Assembly: GCA_031405715.1 (NCBI GenBank) | Contig: JANNJF010000105.1 | Coordinates: 1-30,913, forward strand | Length of the DNA stretch: 30,913 nucleotides | Origin: Gammaproteobacteria bacterium | GTDB taxonomy: Bacteria > Pseudomonadota > Gammaproteobacteria > Acidiferrobacterales > UBA6901 | Direction of reading: 5' to 3' | In this document: positions 16,948 to 25,080 of the stretch, in pieces | How the letters are laid out: each line of letters starts with the position of its first letter | Position numbering within the stretch: position 1 is the stretch's first letter | Translations under genes and position numbers: made by a program | Notes under the pieces: model-generated | The model's database searches: none | Told to the model about the DNA's origin: nothing | Seen by the model: the letters and a program-made list of their open reading frames with translations, nothing else

Positions 16948-17154
16948 GCAGCTTACAGAACAAGTTCCCTCTCCGTGCGGTTTTTGCCTCCCCGAAGGGG
17001 GCCCGCGCACTTCGGGGGAGAAGGTTAGGGTGTGGGGGATAATCAGCGATTTTTCCTCACCCTGTCCCCCTCCGTGCGGGTTGTGCCTCCCCGAAGGGGG
17101 CAAAGGGGAGAGGGAACGTAGCGTGACAGCTTCTGCTACTTGTTCAGAGGCTCC
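16948..17154 (-). repeat. Intergenic repeat/MITE-like element, copy 2 (reverse orientation, carries two 27-nt inserts)
   Basis: The reverse complement of 17131-17154 is GGAGCCTCTGAACAAGTAGCAGAA, 22/24 identical to 24885-24908. The internal BoxC-like hairpin pair aligns with copy 3. Flanked by CTAG at 17155-17158. Confidence 0.85.
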
Positions 17155-17199
17155 CTAGGTGTAGAGATCGAACTACCGCTTGTGCTGGTCGTGCATTTA

Positions 17200-19146
17200 C
17201 TACGTCGTCGATTCATTCTTCAGCACTAATATGGACAACGGCGGCAGCGTCAACACCAACGAATGATGCTGGCCGTGCGCCGCTACCGGCATAGCCTGCG
17301 CCCCGCCGGAATTGCCCTGGCCACTACCGCCGTATTCCCGCGCATCGCTGTTCAGCAACTCGCGCCAATAGCCACCACTGGGCACACCAACACGGTACTG
17401 CATGCGTGGTACAGGCGTGAAGTTGCAGACCAGCAGCACCTGGTCGTGCGGGTCTTTGGCCTTGCGCAGGAAACTGATGACACTGTCCTCCCAATCCTGG
17501 GCGTCGATCCACTGAAAGCCAGGCTGATCGAAATCAATCTCGTACAGCGCCGGTTGCCGCCGGTATAACTGGTTAAGATCCCGCACCCAATGCTGCAGTC
17601 CATGGTGCGGCGCTTCCTTCAGCAGATGCCAATCCAGGCTACGCTCGTGGTACCACTCGTTGCGCTGCCCGAACTCAGCGCCCATGAACAGGAGTTTCTT
17701 GCCGGGATGCGCATACATGTAGCCGAACAACAGACGCAGGTTGGCGAACCGCTGCCAGTCATCCCCTGGCATGCGGCTGAGCAGCGAACCCTTGCCGTGC
17801 ACCACTTCGTCGTGGGACAACGGCAGGACGAAATTTTCGGTAAACGCATACCACAGGCTGAAGGTCAGTTCGTTGTGGTGATACTTGCGATGGATTGCAT
17901 CGTGCGCCATGTAGCTGAGGTTGTCGTGCATCCAGCCCATGTTCCACTTGTAGCCGAAACCGAGGCCGCCCACCGTGGTCGGCCGTGACACCATGGGCCA
18001 GGCGGTGGATTCCTCGGCGGTGGTCTGCACGTCCGGATGCGCACCATACACCGCCTCATTCAAGCTGCGCAGAAAATGGATCGCCGCGATATTCTCCTTG
18101 CCGCCATATTCATTCGGTATCCATTCACCCGGCTGGCGCGCATAATCGAGATACAACATGGAGGCCACCGCGTCCACGCGCAGCCCGTCGATGTGGTAGC
18201 GCTCCAGCCAGAACAGTGCGCTGCTGCCGAGGAACGAACGCACCTCATGCCGCCCGTAGTTGAAGATATGGCTGCTCCACTCCGGATGAAAACCCTGACG
18301 CGGGTCGGCATGTTCGAACAGATGGGTACCGTCGAAATAGGCCAGCCCATGTTCATCGTTGGGAAAATGCGACGGCACCCAATCGAGGATGATGCCGATG
18401 CCGTGCTGGTGCAGTGTGTCCACCAGATACATGAAATCCTCGGGCGCGCCGTAACGCGCGGTGGGTGCGAAAAAACCGGTGCACTGGTAGCCCCAGGACC
18501 CATAAAACGGATGCTCCGTCACCGGCATCAGTTCCACGTGGGTAAAGCCCATCTCCTGCACATACTGCGGCAGCGTCGCGGCCAGCTCGCGGTAGGTCAG
18601 AAACCGGTTTGCCTCTTCGGGGATCCGGCGCCACGATCCCAAGTGGACTTCGTAAATGGACATGGGGGCGTCGTGTGCACTGGCGTTTTTGCGCTGCGCC
18701 ATCCAGGCGGCGTCGTTCCATTGATACTGCAGATCCCGGACCACCGATCCGGTGCGCGGCGGTACCTCGCTGCACACGGCAAACGGGTCGGCCTTGTTGG
18801 CGCGGTAACCCAGGTGGCGCGAACGGATGTGATACTTATAGATAGCCCCGGCCTCAACCCCGGGCTGAAATATCTCCCACACCGCCGATCCATCCTGGCG
18901 CACGGTCATCCCGTGGGCCTCCGGATTCCAGCCGTTGAAATCACCCACCAGGGACACCGACTCGGCATTCGGCGCCCAGACGGAAAAGTGCACACCTTGC
19001 TTGCCGTCCCTCTCCATCATGTGCGCGCCGAGCTTGTCGAACAGACGGAAGTGGCTGCCTTGCTTGAGTAAATATATATCGTAGTCCGTCAGCTCGGCTG
19101 ACGCTGGCGCCGTCGGTTTTTTCTCCCTGGTTTTTTCTTCAGCCAT
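17200..19146 (-). CDS. glgB: 1,4-alpha-glucan branching enzyme (GH13, short N-terminus form)
   Basis: [44 protein letters not shown] (catalytic D), AEEST (E) and [10 protein letters not shown]. Confidence 0.97.
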   Translation of the reverse strand: MAEEKTREKKPTAPASAELTDYDIYLLKQGSHFRLFDKLGAHMMERDGKQGVHFSVWAPNAESVSLVGDFNGWNPEAHGMTVRQDGSAVWEIFQPGVEAGAIYKYHIRSRHLGYRANKADPFAVCSEVPPRTGSVVRDLQYQWNDAAWMAQRKNASAHDAPMSIYEVHLGSWRRIPEEANRFLTYRELAATLPQYVQEMGFTHVELMPVTEHPFYGSWGYQCTGFFAPTARYGAPEDFMYLVDTLHQHGIGIILDWVPSHFPNDEHGLAYFDGTHLFEHADPRQGFHPEWSSHIFNYGRHEVRSFLGSSALFWLERYHIDGLRVDAVASMLYLDYARQPGEWIPNEYGGKENIAAIHFLRSLNEAVYGAHPDVQTTAEESTAWPMVSRPTTVGGLGFGYKWNMGWMHDNLSYMAHDAIHRKYHHNELTFSLWYAFTENFVLPLSHDEVVHGKGSLLSRMPGDDWQRFANLRLLFGYMYAHPGKKLLFMGAEFGQRNEWYHERSLDWHLLKEAPHHGLQHWVRDLNQLYRRQPALYEIDFDQPGFQWIDAQDWEDSVISFLRKAKDPHDQVLLVCNFTPVPRMQYRVGVPSGGYWRELLNSDAREYGGSGQGNSGGAQAMPVAAHGQHHSLVLTLPPLSILVLKNESTT

Positions 19147-19186
19147 AACGCGAGTCCCTCCTGAGTCGTGGTGATACCTGGTCTGC

Positions 19187-20341
19187 CTATAGTACTCCGT
19201 CCGACACGTTTACTTCACCCCTGGTGAGTTTAACCAGCATTTCGTAGTGCGGGGTATGTGGAAACATATCAAAAAGCTGCACACGCGTGAGCCGGTACCC
19301 CGGCAGGCGGGACAAATCCTGCGCCAGCGTTGCTGCATTGCAACTTGAATACAGGATATGTTGTGGCGCCAGGTCCACCAGCTGGGCACACAGGGCCTGG
19401 CCGATTCCCCGGCGTGGGGGGTTAATGATGATCAGATCGGGGAGCTCTGCTGCCTTTGTCGCAAAACCGGTTGAGTCGAGCACCTTAAAAGTTATGCGAT
19501 TCAACCCCATCTCCCGGGCGGATTGTTGCGCGCAGGCGATCGCCTCCTGTTCGATTTCCATTCCCGTCACGGCCATTTCCGGCGTGGCGCAATGCAGGCC
19601 AAACCCACCCACACCGCAGTACAAATCCCACAACGTTGCCGGCCCGATTTCAGCCACCCAGTCACGCGCAGTTTTATAGAGTTTTGCTGCCACCACCGGG
19701 TTGGTTTGAAAGAAGCTCTTGGGGCGGATATACAACGGCACCCCGTTCAGTCTCTCAATCAGGCGTGTGTTCTCCGTCAGGAATATTTCTTTCTCTCCCT
19801 CCAGGATCGCCATGTGCACAGGCTGGATATTCACCGATGCCACACTGATATTGGGATAGCCCACCTGCAACTGCGGTAAGTATTGTCGAATGCGTGGCAG
19901 CAGCTGCTCGCTCCGCAATACCAGGCGCAGCATGTACTCGCCGTTGAACTGGCTGCGTGTCAGCAATAGGAACTTGAGTTCGCCTTGGCGTTTATCGACT
20001 TCATAGGGAGTCAAACCGGCCTGTAGTATCCAGGCCTGCAGGCGGTGCAGCAGGCCTTGCATATCGAGCGGATACAACGGGCAGTCACACAGACTGACTT
20101 CTTCACCCTGGCTGTTAACGATCCCCAGGATGGGCGCACGCTCCGTGCCCAGCACCGCCATCTTCGCCTTATTGCGAAACCCTGCTTGCGGACTGGATAC
20201 CGGCTCCAACCACTCTTGCGGCTGGTGCGCATCGAGCAGGGCATGCAGCGCGGCGTCCTTCGCGGTTAATTGATCGGCGTAGTCCCGATCCAGCCAACGG
20301 CAGGATTGGCATTTATTTTGGTTGAAGTAGTCACACTGCAT
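19187..20341 (-). CDS. rlmC: 23S rRNA (uracil-747-C5)-methyltransferase RlmC
   Basis: N-terminal C-x7-C-x2-C plus CDCPLY (Fe-S ligands), [37 protein letters not shown] (catalytic Cys) and [11 protein letters not shown]; no TRAM domain. Confidence 0.92.
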   Translation of the reverse strand: MQCDYFNQNKCQSCRWLDRDYADQLTAKDAALHALLDAHQPQEWLEPVSSPQAGFRNKAKMAVLGTERAPILGIVNSQGEEVSLCDCPLYPLDMQGLLHRLQAWILQAGLTPYEVDKRQGELKFLLLTRSQFNGEYMLRLVLRSEQLLPRIRQYLPQLQVGYPNISVASVNIQPVHMAILEGEKEIFLTENTRLIERLNGVPLYIRPKSFFQTNPVVAAKLYKTARDWVAEIGPATLWDLYCGVGGFGLHCATPEMAVTGMEIEQEAIACAQQSAREMGLNRITFKVLDSTGFATKAAELPDLIIINPPRRGIGQALCAQLVDLAPQHILYSSCNAATLAQDLSRLPGYRLTRVQLFDMFPHTPHYEMLVKLTRGEVNVSDGVL

Positions 20342-20355
20342 GATAGTGCGTAACC

Positions 20356-21123
20356 CTATGGGGTGGCGGCTTGATAATACCCCAGCCGCTCAGATAATCG
20401 CCGGCCAGCCTCCATCACCTGCGGAATCCAATCGTCTCTGCGACGTTCGATGGGTGCCGACACCGACAGTCCGGCGACGACGCCTCCGCTGCTGTCCCTC
20501 ACCAACACCCCGATGCAGCCCACGCCCAGCTCGGCCTCCTCGTCATCCAGCGCGTAGCCGCGGCGCACCGATGCGTTGGCGTCCTTGATTAAGGCCTCCA
20601 CGTCGGCACGGGTATTCGGGGTATATACCCGCAGCCCGGTACGCTGCGCGTAGTCGCGGCAGGCCTGCTCGCCCATTTCCCCCAGCATTAATTTTCCCAC
20701 CGCCGTCACATGCAGTGGGGCATGCCCGCCGATCACCTGTTCGACGCGTATCACGCGGGTGGTGGTGGCGCGTTCGATATACACAACTTCGTCACCCTGG
20801 CGCACCGTCAGGTTAATGCTTTCACCCAGCTCGTTGCGCAGCCACTCCATGACCTCCTTGGCCTGGGGACGCAGGTCACCGCGGGCACTGACACGACCCC
20901 CCAGGTACATCAGTTTCGCCCCCAGCCCATAGTGCCCCGCGGCGTTGCGCTCGACATAACCGAGCCCGGTGAGGGAGGCGAGGATGCGAAAGGCAGTCGA
21001 TGGGTGCAGGCCGGTGTCGGCGGACAAGACCTTGAGACTCGCCGGTTCGTCGTAGCGGGCGATGGCATCCAGCAGATGTCCCATGCGCTCGATCACTTGT
21101 ATTGGGGGGGTCGGGTTAGCCAT
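20356..21123 (-). CDS. IclR-family transcriptional regulator
   Basis: IQVIER...LSADTGLHPSTAFRIL HTH; effector domain with VVYIE, PLHVTAVGKL and RRGYALDDEEAELGVGCIG. Confidence 0.95.
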   Translation of the reverse strand: MANPTPPIQVIERMGHLLDAIARYDEPASLKVLSADTGLHPSTAFRILASLTGLGYVERNAAGHYGLGAKLMYLGGRVSARGDLRPQAKEVMEWLRNELGESINLTVRQGDEVVYIERATTTRVIRVEQVIGGHAPLHVTAVGKLMLGEMGEQACRDYAQRTGLRVYTPNTRADVEALIKDANASVRRGYALDDEEAELGVGCIGVLVRDSSGGVVAGLSVSAPIERRRDDWIPQVMEAGRRLSERLGYYQAATP

Positions 21124-21137
21124 CTTGATCCATCCTA

Positions 21138-21192
21138 TTCCGTATCGTGAAAACGATTATGTATTGTGAAATGACACATGTCTAGGTATGGT
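21138..21192 (+). promoter_or_regulatory. Candidate IclR operator pair overlapping a sigma70 promoter for the downstream operon
   Basis: Direct repeats TTCCGTATCGTGAAA (21138-21152) and TTATGTATTGTGAAA (21157-21171), 12/15 identical. TTGTGA (21164-21169)-N17-TATGGT (21187-21192). RBS AAGGAG before ATG 21255. Confidence 0.55.
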
Positions 21193-21254
21193 TAGGTAAA
21201 GCTTGGTTAATTTTACCGATACGTCACCCGAATTCCTTTTAAGGAGAGCATACA

Positions 21255-23477
21255 ATGAGCACCCGTCACGCCGCCGCCCAGTCCGCGATTCCTGATTTTT
21301 GTGAGGGAATTCAGTATTTTGGAGAGTCATGGCCGGAATTCGCCCGGCATGCAGGCAAACCGGCCATTGCCCCGGGGTCGGCCCGCATCGACAACGCCGC
21401 GGACCCGGCTGCGGTATACCAGACCCTGCTGGCCGCCGATGCCCTGCGCTACCTGACCCTGCAGATGTGCGGCGCCAAGAGCTCCGGCCACCCCGGGGGT
21501 TTTGCCAGCAGTGCCGAGGCCTACGCGGCGCTGGTGATGCTGGGCCATACCAATATTGTTACGGAGGTGGGTCACCACGCCCCGGGCTTTTACAGCGCCA
21601 TGTTCCTGGATACTTCCTTGGAGGAAATGGGCATACGCACGGTGGCGGACATGCGCGCGCGTTTTCGCGAGCGCCATGGTCTACTCGGACACTTGTCCGG
21701 TGCCATCCCCGGCATCCTGTCCCCTGCCGGCCCCCTCGGCCAGGGACAACACTTCGCCATGGCCGGCGCCCTGCTGCACCCGGGCACCCTGTTCCCCTTC
21801 ACCCTCGGTGACGGCGGCATGGGCGAGCCCTATGTGCTGTCGTCCATGATGCATTTCCATACTGCCTTTCCCAAGTCCACCAACTTCTTGCCGACACTGG
21901 TATGGAACGGCTACAGCCAGGAACACCATTCCATGGTGTCGCGTTTTACTAACGACGAGATGATCGCCTACTGGAAGGGTCACGGCTTCCAGGAGGTGGT
22001 GCTGGTGAATGCCAAGGACTTTGACGACACCAAGCAGGCGTCGGCCTACGTCGACAGCACGGCTTTTTCCTTCCAGCAACGCCTGGCCTTTGCCCAGGCG
22101 GTGTTGACCGGGATGGACAAGGCGGCGAAGTTGGCCCTGGGCGGCACGCGCACGGTGTTCATCATCAAGCAACTGAAGGGCGCCGGGGTGCACGCCCTGG
22201 GCGCAAAGTCCCATAACCTCTACCCGGCCGATGCCCTGGACAAGCCGCACATCATCAGCGCGCTGCAACGCCGCGCGCTGCCCGCCGCGGCCTGGCAGTT
22301 GGTGCGCGACAATTTCTCCCGCGCCGGCGGCGGCCCGGCGGTGAAGACCGTGGTGACCGAGTCGGTGCTGGAGATCGCATCTTTTGGCAAACTGCCGCTG
22401 CAGGATTTCGCCGTGGGTGAAAAACACGTGCCGGCCACCGCCATGGGCGCGCTGGTGGCGGCGGTGGGCAAGGCCGACCCGCGTTTCGTGGTGACCAATG
22501 CGGACGGCAACGAGGCCTCGGCCATGGCCAACATCAACGTGGCGTTGAAGATCCGCCATCCGACGGCGGATGATCTGTATAACCAGCAACCCAATGGTCA
22601 GGTGTACGAACCCTTGAGCGAAGATGCCTGCGCCGGCCTGGCCGCCGGTCTCGCGCTGTTTGGTTCGCGTTCCTTGTGGTTGTCGTATGAAAGTTTCGCC
22701 ATCAACGGTCTGCCCATCATACAAACCGTCACCCAGGCCATGGCGGAACTGCGACGCAAGACGCCGTCGGTGGTATGCATGTTCACCGCCGGCGCCCTGG
22801 AGCAGGGGCGCAACGGCTGGACCCATCAGCGCCCCGAGGTGGAAAACTACTTCGCCGCCATGATGCGCAACGGCAACGTCTACCCGCTGTTCCCGGCGGA
22901 TGCCAACATGATACAGGTGGCCTACGACTGGGCGGTCGGCACCCACAACAAAGGCATTATCATCATCGCCTCCAAGAGCCCGCTGCCGGTATACACCACT
23001 CTGGAACAATCGCGCACCGCTATCGCCAACGGCGCTATCGCCCTGTACGAAAGCAAGACCGGCGCCAAGGGCACGGTGGTCATGGCCGTCACCGGCGACA
23101 TGGTGTTGCTGCCGGTGTTCGAGGCGCGCGACAAGCTGGAGCAGGATGGTTACCGGGTGCGCATCGTCTGCGTGGCGAATCCGCGTCGTCTGTATCGTCC
23201 TACCGACATCGCCTGGGATACCGTGGCACAACCGGACAATGCCCTCATGGATGACGATCACTTCAATGCGTTGTTCGACGGCGATGTGTTGCTGGCGGTG
23301 AGCGGTGGTCCGAGCGGGTCTCTCGAACCCGTGCTACTGCGCACGCGGGCAGCGCGGCTCGACGTGTTCGCCTGGAAGCGCGGCGAGACCACCGCGTCCC
23401 CCGGCGAGATCATGAGTTTCAACGGCATCACCGCCGAGGCCATGACGGCACGCGTCAAGGCACTGATGGGGGTCTGA
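21255..23477 (+). CDS. ThDP-dependent phosphoketolase-family enzyme (short ~740-aa type with transketolase-like N-terminal motifs)
   Basis: ThDP motif GDG-x30-N (LGDGG...VWNGY). XFP-like VYEPLSE, SYESF and NGWTHQ; TK-like SGHPG and GPLGQG. Exact reaction is not established, so no gene symbol is given. Confidence 0.85.
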   Translation: MSTRHAAAQSAIPDFCEGIQYFGESWPEFARHAGKPAIAPGSARIDNAADPAAVYQTLLAADALRYLTLQMCGAKSSGHPGGFASSAEAYAALVMLGHTNIVTEVGHHAPGFYSAMFLDTSLEEMGIRTVADMRARFRERHGLLGHLSGAIPGILSPAGPLGQGQHFAMAGALLHPGTLFPFTLGDGGMGEPYVLSSMMHFHTAFPKSTNFLPTLVWNGYSQEHHSMVSRFTNDEMIAYWKGHGFQEVVLVNAKDFDDTKQASAYVDSTAFSFQQRLAFAQAVLTGMDKAAKLALGGTRTVFIIKQLKGAGVHALGAKSHNLYPADALDKPHIISALQRRALPAAAWQLVRDNFSRAGGGPAVKTVVTESVLEIASFGKLPLQDFAVGEKHVPATAMGALVAAVGKADPRFVVTNADGNEASAMANINVALKIRHPTADDLYNQQPNGQVYEPLSEDACAGLAAGLALFGSRSLWLSYESFAINGLPIIQTVTQAMAELRRKTPSVVCMFTAGALEQGRNGWTHQRPEVENYFAAMMRNGNVYPLFPADANMIQVAYDWAVGTHNKGIIIIASKSPLPVYTTLEQSRTAIANGAIALYESKTGAKGTVVMAVTGDMVLLPVFEARDKLEQDGYRVRIVCVANPRRLYRPTDIAWDTVAQPDNALMDDDHFNALFDGDVLLAVSGGPSGSLEPVLLRTRAARLDVFAWKRGETTASPGEIMSFNGITAEAMTARVKALMGV

Positions 23478-23481
23478 CGAC

Positions 23482-24798
23482 ATGCCGCAGACCAAGATCA
23501 TCGTACTGGACGATGATCCCACCGGGTCGCAGACCGTGCACGGCTGCCTGTTGCTGACGCGCTGGGATGCGGACAGCCTGCGCGCCGCTTTGGCCGACGC
23601 GGCGCCGCTGTTTTTTGTGTTGACCAACACCCGCGGCATGCATGCCGCGCAGGCCGCCGACGTCACGCACACGGTCAGCCGCAATCTCAAGACGGTATTG
23701 GACGAACTGGCGCTGGCGGGCACTCACATCAATCCGATTCTGGTCAGCCGCTCCGATTCCACCCTGCGCGGCCATTACCCGGTGGAGACCGACATTATCG
23801 CCGAGGAGCTGGGGCCCTTCGATGCGCACTTTCTGGTGCCGGCGTTCTTCGAGGGCGGGCGCATCACCCGTGACAGCGTGCATTATCTGCTGGTCGATGG
23901 TAAACCGATACCGGTGCACGAAACTGAATTCGCCCGTGACTCGGTATTTGGTTATACCCACAGTTATCTGCCGGCCTACGTCGAGGAGAAAACCCACGGC
24001 ACCATCAAGGCCACCACGGTACAGCGTTTTCTCCTGACGGATGTGCGCGGTGACTGCCTGGATCGATTGCTGCAACTACATGGGAATGCCTGCTGCGTGG
24101 TCGATGCCGAAACGCAGGCCGATCTGGATAATTTCTGCCGTCAGCTGCACGCCGCCACAGCACAGGGCAAACGCTTTCTTTTTCGCAGTGCCGCCAGCCT
24201 GCTGACCTCATTGGCCAACCTCGGGGCCCAGCCGGTGCCGGCGGTGGACATGCGTCAATATGTGCGCGCCGGCCGGGCCGGCGCGGTCATCGTCGGTTCA
24301 CACGTCAAGAAAACCACCCAGCAACTGGAACAACTCCTGAAGCAACCGGGTGTCGTAGCCCTGGAGGTGGAGGTGGACCGTATCGACCCGGAGGGTCCGA
24401 CCCTGCTGACGGAGTTGCTGGCGACGGCGCACAAGGCCCATGCCGCCTGCGTAACCCCGGTGATTTACACCAGCCGCACGGAAAAAACCTTTGCCGACCA
24501 GAAGACCCGACTGGCCTTTGGCGAACGGGTCTCAGCCTTCCTCATGCAGGTGGTGCGCGGATTGCCACCGACCCTGGGTTTCCTCATCAGCAAAGGCGGC
24601 ATCACCTCCAACGACGTGTTGAGTTCCGGCCTGGCGCTGAAAACCGCACGGGTGCTCGGACAGATACTGCCGGGCTGTTCCGTGGTGCGCTGCCCCCCGG
24701 ATCATCCACGTTATCCCGAGATGCCGGTGGTCATTTTTCCCGGCAACGTGGGCGACGAAAACGGACTGGCGACGGTTTATCAGCGGCTGAGTGACTAA
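23482..24798 (+). CDS. Four-carbon acid sugar kinase family protein (DUF1537/DUF1357)
   Basis: VLDDDPTG, SRSDSTLRGH, VPAFFEGGRIT, VVDAET, VIVGSHV, ISKGGITS and IFPGNVG; starts 4 nt after the upstream stop codon. Confidence 0.9.
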   Translation: MPQTKIIVLDDDPTGSQTVHGCLLLTRWDADSLRAALADAAPLFFVLTNTRGMHAAQAADVTHTVSRNLKTVLDELALAGTHINPILVSRSDSTLRGHYPVETDIIAEELGPFDAHFLVPAFFEGGRITRDSVHYLLVDGKPIPVHETEFARDSVFGYTHSYLPAYVEEKTHGTIKATTVQRFLLTDVRGDCLDRLLQLHGNACCVVDAETQADLDNFCRQLHAATAQGKRFLFRSAASLLTSLANLGAQPVPAVDMRQYVRAGRAGAVIVGSHVKKTTQQLEQLLKQPGVVALEVEVDRIDPEGPTLLTELLATAHKAHAACVTPVIYTSRTEKTFADQKTRLAFGERVSAFLMQVVRGLPPTLGFLISKGGITSNDVLSSGLALKTARVLGQILPGCSVVRCPPDHPRYPEMPVVIFPGNVGDENGLATVYQRLSD

Positions 24799-24860
24799 TG
24801 ACCAGACCGGCGCAGGCTGGCGCTCACCAGAGAAGCGTCTGGGCCGCGGCGCCCGGCGCA

Positions 24861-24869
24861 TGTTATCTT
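24861..24869 (+). promoter_or_regulatory. Candidate extended -10 promoter (TGnTATCTT) upstream of glcD
   Basis: TG-T-TATCTT matches TGnTAnnnT and lies just before repeat copy 3. Confidence 0.35.
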
Positions 24870-24884
24870 TAGATATTCACACAA

Positions 24885-25061
24885 GGAACCTCTGAACAAG
24901 TGGCAGAAATTATCATGTTAGGTCCCCTCTCCCTTTGGGAGAGGGACAGGGTGAGGGAAAAATCCATGATCATCCCCCTCACCCTAACCCTCTCCGTGCG
25001 GTTTGTGCCTCCCCGAAGGGGGCCCGAAATACGCGGGGAGAGGGGACTTATTGGAGGTTCC
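24885..25061 (+). repeat. Intergenic repeat/MITE-like element, copy 3 (177 bp)
   Basis: Left end GGAACCTCTGAACAAGT; right end reverse-complements to GGAACCTCCAATAAGT. Internal CCCTCTCCC-ttt-GGGAGAGGGACAGGGTGAGGG ... CCCCTCACCCTAACCCTCTCC...GGAGAGGG. Flanks are ACAA/ATAA. Confidence 0.85.
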
Positions 25062-25080
25062 ATAACGACCGATACGCGCC

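Noticed and set aside
8044-17012. Apparent micro-inversion of a 7-nt loop (AAGTGCG at 8044-8050 versus CGCACTT at 17006-17012)
   Set aside because: Repeat copy 2 lies on the opposite strand, so the loop keeps the same orientation relative to its element. Insertion of the 27-nt unit into the other arm explains the pattern without an inversion.
7966-25061. Repeated GCCTCCCCGAAGGGG palindromes as a CRISPR array
   Set aside because: The copies are kilobases apart, there is no repeat-spacer periodicity, and no cas genes are present.
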